In this document: one piece after another, positions 48,950 to 62,991 of the stretch
Numbering within the stretch: position 1 is the stretch's first letter
How the letters are laid out: every line of letters begins with the position of its first letter
Source: Azolla caroliniana
Taxonomy: Eukaryota; Plantae; Polypodiophyta
DNA: 64,000 bases
Direction: 5' to 3'
Assembly: GCA_043228905.1 (NCBI GenBank)
Contig: JBHGNT010000009.1
Coordinates: 17,112,001-17,176,000, forward strand
The notes under the pieces: model-generated
The model's input: the letters and a program-made list of their open reading frames with translations, nothing else
Database searches by the model: none
What the model was told of the DNA's origin: nothing
Program-made: the position numbers and the translations under genes

Positions 48950-50281
48950 GATAAAAAGGTAGTGGTTGTCACAAGAAAAATACGTGACAAAGGTGCTCCA
49001 GAGATTCGGCATGGAAAGTGCAAAACCGGTCGGCTCAACCCTGCCGAAGAACTGCAAGCTAAGCAAAGATCAATGTCCGAAATTGAAAACTGAAAAAGCC
49101 AAGATGTCGAAAGTCCCCTATGCCTCAGCAGTTGGAAGCCTGATGTACGCGATGGTTTGTACCAGGCCGGACATTGGATACGCTGTCAAAGTAGTCAGCC
49201 GATATATGAGCAATCCCGGGAGAGAGCATTGGGTTGTCGTGAAGTGGATATTACAATACCATAGAGGCATCGAGAGCATGTGTCTTCATTTCGGCTCAGG
49301 AAACCCCACATTGGAAGGTTACACGAATTTGGACATGTTGGCTGATGCAGATACCAGTCGATCCACGTCCGGATACGTAGTGACTTATGCAAGGGGAGTT
49401 GTTTCATGGCAATCGAGGCTGCAGAAGGTTGTGGCACTGTCGACCACAAAAGCCGAATATATGGCCGCAGTGGAAGTTGGCAAGGAAATCATGTGGATGA
49501 AGGAGTTTATCGATGAGCTGGGAATTCGGCAGGAGGAATTCCAACTCCATTGCGATAACCATAGTGCCATCCACCTTGCGAAAAATGCCGCCTACCACTC
49601 GAGGACCAAACACATCCAAAGAAGATATTATTGGCTCCGAGAGCGAGTAGAAGAAAAGGAGTTGACTCTAGTGAAGATCCACACGGCCGAAAATGGATCG
49701 AATATGTTGACAAAGGTGTTGTCAGCCGAAAAGCTAAATGCGTGCCGGAGTGAAGGGGGAGTTTGTTGGGAAACATGTCCCTTCGGATGGGAAGAGAAGT
49801 ACCATGTTGGTGAGTATCTCGGCCGAGGCCGAAATAGAAACCGAAACCAAAATAGATATCGAAATCGTTTCTGAAGACTATAATTGCAAATAGTCTAAAA
49901 TGCCCCTTGGGGGCTATACTTGTACATGGCCAGAAAGTTACTAGGGAAAACTTTAGAAGTACGTGCGGTGGATCATTATTGTAAAGGTTAGAACGAGGTA
50001 GTTGCCTCTATAACCGTGAGTGAGAGTGTAACTCTGTACCCATCTGTCAGACGAAGGAGAACTCGAGGTCGTTGTTTCCGAGTTCCGTATTTGTACTTCC
50101 TCTCTACTATAGTGATCTGTTTCTCGGGGTTTGTGGAACCCCGTGGTTTTTCCCATTTCGGGTTTTCCACGTAAAATATCGGTGTCTCTGTGTCTTTACG
50201 TTTTTCTGTCTGTGTACTAGTTCGTGATTTCTGCACACGAATACGAATGTGAAACCGGTTGTGGCCGGTTGATTCCTAACA
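48950..50281 (+). mobile_element. Tork-like copia 3' fragment: RT end, RNase H, PPT and 3' LTR (49764-50281)
   Basis: WLSQEKYVTKVL...PYASAVGSLMY...TKHIQRRYY; GAAGGGGGAG then TGTTGGG...CCTAACA. Confidence 0.9.
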
Positions 50282-50529
50282 TATGGTACTCCCTATTGTG
50301 TGTGTACTAATTGTCTACACGCTAACTGTTTTAGTATTCTTGCAAGACAAGTGGGTATTCTCCTATCATGTCCTCTCCAACTTAGTTCCGTCCGCCCTTG
50401 TGCATCAATACTATTTTATGTTTTCAGCTACATAAAAAACTCTTGATAGACAACACAGTTCTATTCAAACGGATGCATGCATACTAATTATTGTTACTAA
50501 TGTTTGTTGGAAACCTAGGATACAAAAGC

Positions 50530-51225
50530 AGGTACTTCTCCCTATTCAACATTCGTATGCGATGGAACTACTTCGGGTCTGGACATGGAAAATGAGAGCA
50601 TGATGGCGCGGGGGTTGTGATCAAACGTGCTCTACAAGTGAGGAGTTGGATAGTAATGGTGCTAAGTTACAAAATGCACATGATGTTGTGGAGTGGCTAA
50701 CATGGAAAATGTCAAATGATGGTAAGAACAGATTGTTTGTTGAGGTTCGTGTTGATGAGGTTGATAGAACTAAATCATATGGTTGTAAAACCGTGAAAGG
50801 CACGCACAACACCCATTGTGTATTAGGGTTTAGCCGCAAGGACACAACACAATTGTTACTCCATACTTTATCCTGCTTTTGTTCCATGTGTATTGATGAA
50901 GCTTGGGATGAATGCATCAACCTATCAATCATGGAGCCTTGGAAGTTGCAGAAGCTTGAGCATGAACGACAAGATGATATTGAAGAGGATGCACATTCAA
51001 ACAATATTGCATACTACAACCAACGTGAAGACGACTGTTTTATTGGAAGTTGGAGATCATTTTGCAGTCACGCTCAAATCTCCTTAGAATGAAGATTTAG
51101 AAGACTACTACATTGTGGTGTGCAAGCAGGGGAAGACATTATTGAAAGAAGTGGTGAGGGATGGTGGGGCAACATGTTCAACGTTAGTGAGTCTGTCGTG
51201 TATGGAAACTATTATGCAAAGTTGC
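50530..51225 (+). pseudogene. DNA-transposase remnant with HGKxxxDG motif (Sola2-like, tentative)
   Basis: MRWNYFGSGHGK*EHDGAGVVIKRAL at 50557, then LQNAHDVVEWL...VKGTHNTHCV...LSCFCSMC; stops and frameshifts. Confidence 0.55.
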
Positions 51226-52785
51226 CTCTACACTAGTTCTAAACCAAATGTAAATTGACATCATATAATACAAACAATAGAATAGTAGAGACACATATCA
51301 TACGGGTGTACTTTTAAACCCCAAGCATAGTACCATTCAGTAGCAACTATACTTTTACAGTCCATACATGTATTTTCTTTCTCAAAATGGTACTTAGCAC
51401 ATAGCACGGGGTAATCACAACATCCATAGCCTCAAGCTTGAATCCGAGGCCATAAAATATACACTTGGCAGTTTGCAAACACCAATAATAATATATTAGC
51501 TAATATGATATTTATACCACAAAAGTAAAAATAAATAACTTATAAAGCCAATACCGTGATATAGCTATACTTGTAATGGTACTTTCCATACCACTTGGGT
51601 GCTCAATTACATATGGACACAAAGTTTCAAAACCTTTATGTTTTAAATCCTGCATCAAGCACGCAAGGTTCTCGGAATGTAGCTATAAAGCTGACAACTT
51701 ATTATCTAGTTTGCAATGTGCATTTCTGCAAGTATCAAGGCCTCTCATCTGTGATCCTAATTGAGTGCCCATATTGTTCAACACTTTCTTCAACACCTCA
51801 CTTTCTGAATGTTGGATTGTTGATGCAATCCATTCATATGTAGTCTTTATTGAAGAGAATTGCTTTTCTGCCTGTATCTCCGTTGATTTAACTACTTTCC
51901 AAATCAACAAGCAGTGCTTGTATTCTTGAGCTCATGGAACCTATGCAACTGGCCATCATCTGTTCATGCTTTTCAGTGATTGTGACCCTTACTTTTGCAT
52001 AATGAGCTTGGTGGACATGTATCCTAGCCGGAATATCCACATGAGAGGTTCCCGATGACTTCAAGCCAATGTTGGTACTGGAGGACCCTCTATAATGTTC
52101 TGATCAGTGACGATTAAAATCTTCCCAATCTACGTTGATGCCACCCGGAACTTCACATGCAAATGCACGTGCAAAAACAATACCCACCTCATTGTTACAG
52201 ATTTGATTAGTATCATAAACATGTTCATATCTTGTCTTTAATAAGTTCACATATCCCTTATTCAACCCACTTATGTGGAATCCTCGCCTTGTATCAGGAT
52301 GTGGTGACCCCCAGGTTTTTATCAACCACTCTCTCAATTCTTCATAAACTTCAGGTCATGCTCAAAGGAAATAAGACCATCAGAGAGGTGTGCCTCGAAT
52401 GATGGAGTGACACATCTTCTTCCTCTGAGTTGATGAGTTCATCACCCTTTCTCTTGTAGGTGTCTTCTTGCTTTCTTTGACAGGCGTCCTTTTTCTTTCC
52501 TTCACTGGTGTCTTCACTTTCTCTTTCACCAATGTATTGTTTATGGGTGTCCTTCTTGTCATTATCTTGGTCTTCATTATTCTTGTTGAAAGAATATGCG
52601 TGTGCAAGAAGAAAACTCATCAAAATACCATCAACAACCAACAAATCATCATAGCCAATTCAATCTAAGTTGCATGTACAAGCCTCTTCTTGGGCAAAGG
52701 ACAAAAACTCATCCATGTCAAACACACACAAAATCAAAACACTCGGACATGAAACATAGAGAATACGAAAACATACCAGTTGGAC

Positions 52786-53275
52786 ATGCAACACAGAGAA
52801 TATGAAAAATCAAACCCTAAACCGTAAATGCAACACAGAGAATATGAAAAATCAAACCCTAAACCGTAAATGCAACACAGAGAATACCGAGAGGTTGTAC
52901 AAGTTGCAGATGGAATGATGCGAGCCAAGGTCGAGGCAGAGGTGCCACACCGTGTTGATGTCTTCACCTTGGGAGCACACCAAGCCGAGGAAATCACCAA
53001 TATGCAAGAGGTCGTTGACGAGATCATGCAGAGGAGACAAACGAGCATACACAGAGTTCAGAGAATGTAGGGAAATAGCAAGAACAACAAGCATAGAGAG
53101 GAAACAACAATCTCTGCATATACAGAGTTCAGAGAACGTAGGGAAACAACAATAACAACGAGCACAAAGGGGAAACAACAATCTCTGCATATACAAACTT
53201 CAAAGATCGTAGGGAAACAACAAGAACAACGAGCAAAGAGGGAACACAACAAGAACAACGCGGGGAAACAGAGAA
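52786..53275 (+). repeat. Cluster of short tandem repeats: 2+ x 42 bp containing AAACCCTAAA, then degenerate GGGAAACAACAA units
   Basis: ATGCAACACAGAGAATATGAAAAATCAAACCCTAAACCGTAA at 52786 and 52828, partial copy at 52870. Confidence 0.75.
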
Positions 53276-53779
53276 TCAAAGGTGAAGTAAGAGAGAGCAA
53301 GAGAGAGATAGGTAATATGTGCAATTGATAGAAACTTTCTGTCACTGTCCGACTTACAACTTTGAGACAGAAGAGAGAGAGAGAGAGAGAGACTAACAGA
53401 CTGACCAACTGACACATTCGAGATCTTCTCCAGGCCTGCTTTTGTACAACTCTACCTAGGAGAATGAAGTTATAGTTAATGTATTAAATACGGCCTTGGG
53501 ACACTTCGATTGTGACCTATAATATCCTTGTACATTTGTATTGAATTTGTTATTTGAATTCGAACCTCATTCAATGGATGATGATCCACTATTTTCTGCA
53601 GTAATTGTTTTATTTTCAATTTTTTATGTTTATTTTCTTCCTCAATTTAGTACTAAATTTTTGGCCAAAAGTTGGTATACCGTAGCATGCTTCGACCCTT
53701 ACCTGTTCGAGTCACTTAAATGATACTCAATACAATATTCAAGTTTATTTTTATAGCGTGAAGCAAATTCTTCATGACA

Positions 53780-54010
53780 CTGTGTACCAAGAGAATGGTG
53801 TGTCCTTCAGCAAGAGCCGCAACGGTTGGGTGATGGTTGCAAGTTGTGAGACAAACCTAAGAGAGAAGTTGACGAGGCCTAAGAAGCTTTGGAGTGACTT
53901 GACATTCACCGGTTGCGCATAATTTGTGATTGCCTTGATCTTTGCAGGGTCCATGATGAGTCTTGTGGCTAATATGATGAAACCCAAGAATTTTAATGTC
54001 GTTGTCTTGC
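53780..54010 (-). mobile_element. Ty3/gypsy RT C-terminal fragment
   Basis: LKFLGFII...MDPAKIKAI...VKSLQSFLGLVNF..RFV..LATITQPL..LLKDTPFSW. Confidence 0.75.
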
Positions 54011-54650
54011 AAAATAGCATTGGGAATTCCCGAAGACGACGAATGTTGGTGGTCCATATTGTGGGTGATTCTAGATGAACTTCTGTATGCATGATGTGGT
54101 TGCTAAGCTATGGTGTACTAAGAAGGGGGGTCACTGTGAACGACTTAAGGGAGGGGAGAACTAACAATTGTGTATCAAAATTTAGTTGTGCACCAGTTTT
54201 GATAAACCAATCGTAGCCTAACATCATGGGAAATAATTGATGTGGTAATACATAAAATGAATGCAGTGTGCTTATGTGGTTGATTGGTAGTTTCTTATCA
54301 CCAAAGACTACCTATATTGGTTAGCTTACTTGATCGTGATTCTCAAGGCAGATCGTGTTGTTTTACTATATTGGGTGCTACCATGTTAAAAAACATTACA
54401 GGAAATTTGTTGCGTCTAAACATCATCAGAACGCCCAAGTATAATTGGCTGATTCCATGTCACTCGCCGAAGTATATTGGGAAACAACCAAGCAGGAAAC
54501 TCACGGAGTTGCCAGGCACATCCAGGCTACAACCTCTTCCAAACAAATGGTATGTTCCACAATAGCACAAATAGATAACACACCACATGAGGCCTTACAA
54601 TCTCTTCCATTAACATAGATTTAGTCAACTCATTAAACTTAACCATGTCC

Positions 54651-54688
<38 letters not shown>

Positions 54689-57600
54689 GGCTAGCTTTGT
54701 AAATGGCATGAAGATAGGATATTCTTCATGTCCACTTTAAAATGTCCTTAAAAACACCCATGCATTGGTAAATTTAAGAAAGGAACACCTTACACACTTA
54801 TATGAGCCCTACATAATTATTTCATGGAGCATAACATTGGCTAGAAGGAAGTCTAGAGTTTCTTGGGCCTATATCTATATTGCTTGTGGAACTCCCCATA
54901 TTTAAGAATGAGGGAAGCATACAAGTAAGTTGTTACAATCTACTGCATTATGAAAGTAGATTAAATATTCACTACAGTACAATATTCCAAGGATTAGTAT
55001 TATGGAAACTTGGACTCTCATCTATGACAACATGATCTTGTACTTACCCACATATTAGCTCGGAAGAATGCTTGTATCCCCATGCACATCTAGCTAAAAA
55101 GAAGTTATGATCTTCAATGAATATAACCAACCCTCCCACAATGGAACAACTTGAAGATATTATCTACAACTTAGTACAAGAAATCGAAATTATCATGTAC
55201 AAAGTTTGCTATAATTATATCCTGTTGTAATCGTGGTATAGGAAGTACAACTTCATGGTTTCGTTCATGTTAGGCTTGACTTAAAGCAATAGTTGCTTCA
55301 GCTTGACAGTGAATTATGCTACCGGCTCGTTGGGCTGCTAACAAAGGTTATTTGGTTGTTGTGGTGTAGATTGCATCACATCATTGTTAGTGAAATGTTG
55401 TATGAGTTGCTCCCACAAATAGTGCTAGTTGTTCTTGATCGCTTAGGTTGTTTTATGAACCATGTGACGGCTACATGCTCTAATACTGTTCATAGCTCCA
55501 ATGCCTTTCTTTCATCATTCCAATCATGATAGCTTACTACGAGGTAAAAATGATCCAACTAGGCCAATATATCCTCTATAGGGAGGCTAGACAAATATCT
55601 TGGACGTATTCGTGGATCTTTGTTCTGATGGCTTATTGTTCCTATAGATTGAGATTGAGTGGTGAGCCATGTCATGAGTGTTTGATTCGTGTGATTTACT
55701 TGAATCATCATCGTAGCATGGCTTGGAACATTTGCTCCATTGTTGGATGTATCGTTGTATGTTCTTCGAATTCAGGCTACATACTTGTTGTGTCTTCCTC
55801 TTCTTCTTGTTGCACTTGATCGCATTGTGTGGTGAAGGCAATTTGATATGCTAGATGTGAGGACGGTTGTGAGGCTACAAGGTGTTAGTTCTTTTACTTG
55901 CGTCTTGGCTAATATTGTGTTGTGTAGGGTGATTGGTGCCCTCGTCATCTCCATCAATGTAATGTACACATGATGATTCCAGAAAAACCAGTGTGCTTTT
56001 GGTTTTATCTTTATTTATAGTATCTTCTTACATTGCTTTAGTTCTTCATCTGTTCTTGAGCTAGTCATTTATGAGTCTTGGCGTGCTCTAAGTTTGGCTC
56101 AGGATTGAACCTGAAACTCGAACCATAGTTCCAGGTTTGGTCCTTGCCACATCATATATGACATTAATATTATTTCTTATCTTTTTAATGTAATAATAAT
56201 AATATTATCTATATTGTTCTAATTATAATAATTATTATTATTATATGATAATCTAGTTGTTAGTAACTGACGACGACGATAGATGGCGGCCAACAATGTA
56301 GTGATGACAGGTGTTGGTGATGTGTGGCAACATGTGACGATGGATGACATGGTTGAAGTTGGCGGCAATGTAGTGATGACAATTGTTGGTAAAATGTGGT
56401 TGCAAGAGGCAATGACTGACTTGGCTGCAATTGGCAACAATGCGAAAGTGGGTTGCAATTGATGTGCGGACGTGGTCTGCGGTGATGCTCGATGTGTAGC
56501 AATCAGCAACTGACAATAGTCGGCATGGCAATTGAATCTTCGAGTCAAATGCTTGGGTTTGACTCCTCGCTCAATTTTTACTTTTATGTAAGTGTGCAAT
56601 TCCTCACTCGAGTGGAGATCTTCATGTTGATGAGAAGGATCTTCTAGTAAGACGATTCAACGATTCACTACACGTTGATTTCGTCAAATTCTCGTAACTT
56701 TTACTCTCGAGCTTGGAATTCCAAACCAAAAATTTTGATGCACTCCTTGCTTGATTACGATGAATTAAAATAAGGATTTGCACAAGATAATTGAAATATA
56801 AATTATATTAACTTTTTATAAGTAATAATAAGTCTCGGCAGTGTATAAATACAATGAGAATAATCTTGTCTCCGTTACATGAAGTGATCAAGAGATAAAA
56901 AAGGAAGAATGGGTAGATAAGGGTATATGGAGAAAAAAATATCACAATTGGAGTACCGAGGGATATCCTCAAGTTTCGGTGCAACTTCTCAACAAACGAC
57001 AATCACATCACCTTTTGTCGTCATTGATCTTGCTCGCCCTCTTTATTCGCAATCCCGAGCTCTCTCGGATTTCAACGGCGCTTCCACCTTGTCTCAAACA
57101 TCCCCCCAACAGTGAGCTCTCTTAATCTCTTTATAGGATTCGAGAAGCATCACACAAATAAAAATAGTGAGCGCTTTTATTATGGTAGCACAACACACCA
57201 TGCTTTTATTTATCACTTGTATGCTCTACTCTTCCTCTAACACCTGATGCTAGCAAAAAACTAGTCCACCATTCCATTCATTCATCCACGAACCTTGTAT
57301 GGTTCGAGTTACCAATTGAGATAAGCTTTTTCTAAAAATGACTTTTTATATGTTCTTACCACACCCTTGTTCTATCATTTAGCCTTTTTTTTATTCATAG
57401 TCTAACTAAATTCCTCCTTTGCACTTTCCACATCACAACAACAACTTCGTTGCCTCTTGGCATCGTTGATCTTACACCGTGCTCTCTTGATTCATAACAC
57501 CGAGCCCGTTCGAAATATTGGTAGTGCATCTGCCTTGATCCAAAATTCGACCCATGACAATGAGCTCTCCTCTCCCTTTTATAAACCTCTCAAGCTCTTC

Positions 57601-58563
57601 ATACAAATAAGAATTGGATTTCTTTCTTTCGGCAAGCATCTCGCCTTTTCACTTTTGCATGCGCATTTACGTATCTCCCTAAGGAGTCTAGTGTGAGCAA
57701 AATGCCAATCACCATGTCGATCTATTTGCATTTCTTTCGTACAACCCGTTGAAGTCCACATAACCTCTCGTAATCCGAACAAGTCTTGAATCGTTGACCT
57801 TCTATTCCTAGCATAACCTCATATCGATTGAGCTATGATCTTTCCTTTGCTTGAGCTTCCATTTGTTACGTGCATGACCATATAATATCCCGTGGTGAGA
57901 ATTTACCATAGTATTCTATAAACGTGGATAAAGTATGAGGGTTAAACGAGAGTGTAATGAAGGGGAGGATTACTTTTAATCCTCGGGATTGAGACAACCC
58001 ATTAGGCCAAGTGTGAACTTGCATGGGGGCCTTAGGTCTGGCTATAAATATGAGGCCTAACTACCCTCATTTCATCATCTCTTGACTACGTCGAGACTCT
58101 GTTCTTGTGGTGGGTCAACTCTTATAGCGAGCGCGCCAGCACCAGGTACGACTCGACGCCACGACGGAGGTATGGGATGCAGATCGAGGCTCGAGTCCGT
58201 CTCGATCCCTTCGCTCGGGGGTGGTCGGGTGGATCGACACCCTTCTTTCTCTCTCACCTTTCTTATTTCTTATATCTTTTATCCTTATCATATGCTTACG
58301 TTAGACCAACGCTCTAACACCATCCATTCTCGGACAATCCTTCATAAGTTTAACGTAATTCGTTACGTGAGCTCCCCACATCACGATAGAGTTTCGGGTC
58401 ACCAAGGGTTCCCATTTGATCTATATGTATGTACATATAGTATGTAGTTAAAAACTGTACCAACGAATTCCCCACCCATCCATTCATCTAAAACTTTGCT
58501 GCGCTGCTGCACACGGACTCCACACATTTTATGGACTGAATTGAAGCAGCGGCTTAGAATCCG

Positions 58564-58572
58564 TTTAGGGTT
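58564..58572. promoter_or_regulatory. Telo-box-like motif upstream of the ribosomal protein gene
   Basis: TTTAGGGTT ~95 bp 5' of the ATG, followed by a pyrimidine tract; telo boxes are typical of plant ribosomal-protein promoters. Confidence 0.5.
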
Positions 58573-58662
58573 CCTTTTTTCTTCTTCTTCTTCTTCTGAT
58601 CACTGTCGGAAGTTCCCCATCGCCCCACGCCTTTTCTTCTCCGTCGTTCTCTCTCCGTCGCC

Positions 58663-60611
58663 ATGGTACGTCCTCTTATTCTCTCTCTCTCTCTCTCTCT
58701 GTAAAGTTTGGTGGACCATTTCTCGATTTGTGCGTGTCATCCTTCCGCAAGGGTTGGTCGCGGCTAATCTTCTTTGTGCCGTTCCAATTACCCGTCTTTC
58801 ACTGCTTTCTGCTGTAAACAATCCATCCCTCATCTCATGCTTCTTAGCCGATTTGGCAATGTAGCTTCCTACTATTCTTTGATGGTCGTCCTTCATTTCC
58901 ATCTTTCGAGTTAATTGTTATCTTTGATCTTTTCCGTTGATTTGGAAGTGATCTGATTAGAACTTTTCCATCGAGTTTTTTTTGGAAATGGCTATGCAAA
59001 TTTGTGGTTTTGGTTATGCCCTGTTTCCTTGTAAATTTTAATTCAGGCTATTTTTACAATTCAAGAAATGATCGATCAGTTAGAAGTATGTTGTAAGATG
59101 ACGTTGTTGGTCAGATGGTGCAGAAGCTTTGCTCTTTCATTTCAATACTGAGAATAATGGCTAATGTTATCCACATCTGGTCTTTATGATTCAATATATA
59201 TGGCTGTCAAAATCATTATTATTTTAATCACGATTCCCTTTTCTGTTATGGTGAATTCTGTTTATCCGTATTCATTTATAGCCTCTTTATCGCATTTCTA
59301 TACAGGTGAAGTATTCGAGGGAGCCTGATAACATCACTAAAGGTAAACCATGCGGCTTCCTCAAACCATAAGCCCTTAAACCATTTAATATATCAAGCTT
59401 GAACTGTGTTAGAATTCGTTTGTTTGTTACACAGTAATTTCTTTAGTAAAATACTCGTTTCTTCTTAAACCTATGCTTCTTCCTCAACCTATGAAATATG
59501 TTAAGCGTGAACTATGTTAAGATTCGTTTGCTTGTTACATTATTTTCTGTACTAAATTGCTCAATATGTTTAAATAATGCAGCATGCAAATCAAGAGGTT
59601 CTGACCTTCGTGTCCACTTCAAGGTTAGAAAATGCTCAATGTTCATGCATACTATTGTGTGACGCTGTGTAGTATTTGATGTAAGTTGGTGGTAACATTT
59701 GTTGTTAGTCTGCAGTAGAGTTTATTGTTAGCAAAGATTTTGTACAAAACATCCTTATTTTGTATTGAAACCATCAACAGGTTGTTGCGTATTTTAATAG
59801 AATTTTATTATAATTTTCTAGCATAATTTGTCGTTTATGTCATCTTCTACATGTGTGTGTGCACGTGTAGAATACCAGGGAGACAGCGCAGGCCATAAAG
59901 AAGTTTGAGTTAGCTAAGGCCAAGAGGTATTTAGAGGATGTTATTGCTCATAAACAAGCCATTCCATTTCGTCGCTTCTGTGGGGGTGTTGGAAGAACAG
60001 CACAAGCTAAGGCCAGGCATTCTAATGGACAGGGAAGATGGCCTGTTAAATCGGCCCAGTTCCTCTTAGGTTTGCTCAAGAATGCCGAAAGCAATGCCGA
60101 GGTACTATATACAGTGGTACATATATTTCATCCATATTTTACTAGGAAGTTATCTCAACTGTATATCGTTGTCACTTACCCCTTTGTTGTTTTTGCTAGA
60201 CCAAGGGCCTGGATGTAGATACCCTGTATGTCTCTCATATTCAGGTTAATAAGGCCCAACAACAAAGGAGAAGGACCTATCGAGCTCATGGGCGTATCAA
60301 CCGTAAGTAGGCACTTTTTTACAATAAACCCACAGTGATCTTTGATTCTATTTAAATTATTTAAAATTTCTTTTTGACAGCCTATATGTCTTCACCTTGT
60401 CATATTGAGCTGATTCTTTCTGAGAAGGAAGTGCCGGTAAAGAAAGAGGTAGGAATATAAGGAAACTCTGGTAATTGAAATTAATCGTATAGTTACGACG
60501 TGTTTGCTTACTGTATATATTGAATTTTTTGTTGATCTGTAGGCTGAGACCCCTGTTTCTAAAAAGCCTCGGCGAGGTCCAGCACGTCTTCGAAGCGGAT
60601 CATCTGCTTGA
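58663..60611 (+). CDS. RPL17: Cytosolic 60S ribosomal protein L17 (uL22), 183 aa, 7 coding exons
   Basis: Exons 58663-58665, 59306-59342, 59583-59623, 59871-60101, 60200-60302, 60381-60448, 60543-60611, all GT-AG and in phase: [37 protein letters not shown]...[28 protein letters not shown]...[29 protein letters not shown]...RLRSGSSA*. Confidence 0.97.
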
Positions 60612-61291
60612 TGTACTTACTTATCTCTTTGTTTATACAATTGAGGTTGAATATAGTTTTTTCACGGTGGCTTACACTATATATATTGTAGTTCTTTCCA
60701 TTTATAATGAGGTTAAATATAGCTCTTTTATGGTCATTCATTATTTATTGACCAACAATGAGATTGAATATAGTTTTTTTTTATAGTCATTCAGGTTATA
60801 TGTTACAGTTCTATTTATTTACTTTAGAGAGGTTGAATGATGACTCACATAATGTGCTGTAGGAACCAAAATCTTCTACCAGCAGCAGATGAAGATAAAG
60901 TCGATGGGGTTGTAGAAGCTAAAGTTTGGAAGGAATTGTAAGGCTTACTGGGGAATGAAGCATTTAGGTTCAAATGAGTGGTGGAAACATGTGCTGTCTT
61001 GCTACCATGATCATGGTTTTAAGGTGGCTCAAATTGTAAACTGTGCCAAGTTTTGGTATGATGTACTCTTTTTCGTTAGAAATTTAGAATGTAATGAGAG
61101 CATGATAGTATATGCTCATTCTTTGTCTCAAAGCTTTTAAGGAAATCTTTACAGAGAACTAACCATTGGAAAACATTAGGTATATTTTTGTTGGGCAAAA
61201 GCTACATGATTGGTTATGATATTTCTTCATCACTGTTGTTCTATGATTACTTCAAAATTCACTCCCTGCCATATTATTGGACCTTGCAAGT

Positions 61292-61562
61292 GGGGTTGTA
61301 GAACAAGGTCTTTTGGTAGTGAATGAGGAATTCATGGAGGAACTCATGTAGGTATGCTTATTACATGAGTTTCCCATGAGATCCATTCTGCTGAAGCTGC
61401 AAACTATCTGTGGTAAATGTGAGTGAAGCATGAGGGGTTGTAGAACAAGGTCTTTTGGTAGTGAATGAGGAATTCATGGAGGTACCTTAATACATGAGTT
61501 TCCCATGAGATCTATTTGGCTGAAACTGCAAACTATCTGTAGTAAATGTGAGTGAAGCATGA
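61292..61562. repeat. Tandem duplication (142 bp + 129 bp)
   Basis: GGGGTTGTAGAACAAGGTC...GTGAAGCATGA at 61292 and 61434. Confidence 0.85.
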
Positions 61563-62660
61563 TTGTATCATGTGGATAGTTTTCAGAGTACTGTTGGGAA
61601 ATACTCATGGAAAGCTCAAAGTAAAATCATTGAGAAATAGCCACAGTTACAGGTTGTCCATTAATCATAAGTGAGTTATTTGCATGACGTTTTGAATGGT
61701 TCAGAGTAATGTTTGGAAATGATTGTGGATGGGCATGACGCTGTGGTCAATGTAATGTGATTGTAGTCAAGCCAGGATCAGTAGCAGGTGAAGAGCATCC
61801 AACAACCAAATGGGCACAATTGATAATTATGTTGGAGCGTTTCGATGTAAAGAGCTTGTTTGACATGATATGGAGGCGTCTAATATATAAGCCTTTACAA
61901 CATGTCACATCATATATTAAACTCTGACTGGTTTCACGTAGCATTCTCTATGAGAAAAAAAATATATATATATATACATGGTATCACAGGGTTCAGGGCA
62001 CATTCTCCAAAGGGCTGATTTTTTCATTCCTGGTTGGTTAAGATGTTGATCAATACCTGATGTTTTTTATTTTTCATGTATGGCATCAATGGTTTTGTTT
62101 GGGAATCTTGTTTGTTTTTTATTAAACGGTATTTCTGCTGTTTTATTTTATGAGGTAAATACAGAGGTAAATTGCTCACTTTGCCCGGTAAAACAATAAA
62201 CTTGGTTGTCATTCTTGAATCGGCTCCTAGGGCATTGATTGCCTCTTGAATTCTGTGGGCTTCATTGATAACCCGACATGATGTTGAGTTCAGTGGTAGC
62301 AATTCTTCAATGATGTGCTTGACCTGTTTGGCTAAGGGTCTTTACCCACTAGGTCTAAGTGCCCCATCATCTGAATGAAACACTTCTCATTTGGGTGTTT
62401 GCACTCTGAGCATATGAGGATTTGTTGCAATAACACTTTACACAACTTTAACCTTTCCATCCAAATTCTTGATATTGTGTGGATCTGTATGTTGATGGTT
62501 GCTCATCAGCATTAACCACTTTGGCTGTAACTTCTGGAAAAGCTCACTTTTGGAGTTGGTGAAACCCTAGGTTTTAACATCACATTGGCTGCCCTCCAAC
62601 AATTGTTAAGGTAGACTGGTAGTCACATTCAATGACTTGCACTACTTACAATACTAGGTT

Positions 62661-62991
62661 TTACATTGGTTTAGTTATGGGCATTTATGCCCCATGTGAC
62701 CACCTTATTAAGATATATGATTTCATCACATATTGCATAGCATTTTGGATGTTCTACTTTGTTTGGAACGGCTATTGGCGATTGCATGGTGGCTAGGGCC
62801 TCCTTGGGGTTTTGCACCACTTACAAGTTACAACATTGGGTCTTACGTTGGTTTAGTTATGGGCATTTATGCCCCATGTGACGATCTTTTCAAGATATCT
62901 TATTTTATCATATATTGCATAGCATTTTGGATGTTCTACTTTGTATGGGGCTATTAGTGATTGCATGGTGGCTAGGGCCTCCTTGGGGTTT
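62661..62991. repeat. Direct duplication, ~150-bp units at 182-bp spacing
   Basis: TTGGTTTAGTTATGGGCATTTATGCCCCATGTGAC...GGGCCTCCTTGGGGTTT at ~62661 and ~62843. Confidence 0.85.

Noticed and set aside
54284-57782. Short ORFs in the AT-rich interval, and likewise those in 60955-63772
   Set aside because: No recognisable motifs, no consistent splice pattern, low-complexity composition
57864-58403. Possible solo LTR upstream of RPL17 (TATAAATA, GC-rich core)
   Set aside because: Could not define TG..CA ends or a TSD
58666-60380. Intronic snoRNAs in RPL17
   Set aside because: I found no convincing C (RTGATGA) and D (CTGA) box pair with terminal stem and rRNA guide; a covariance search would be needed
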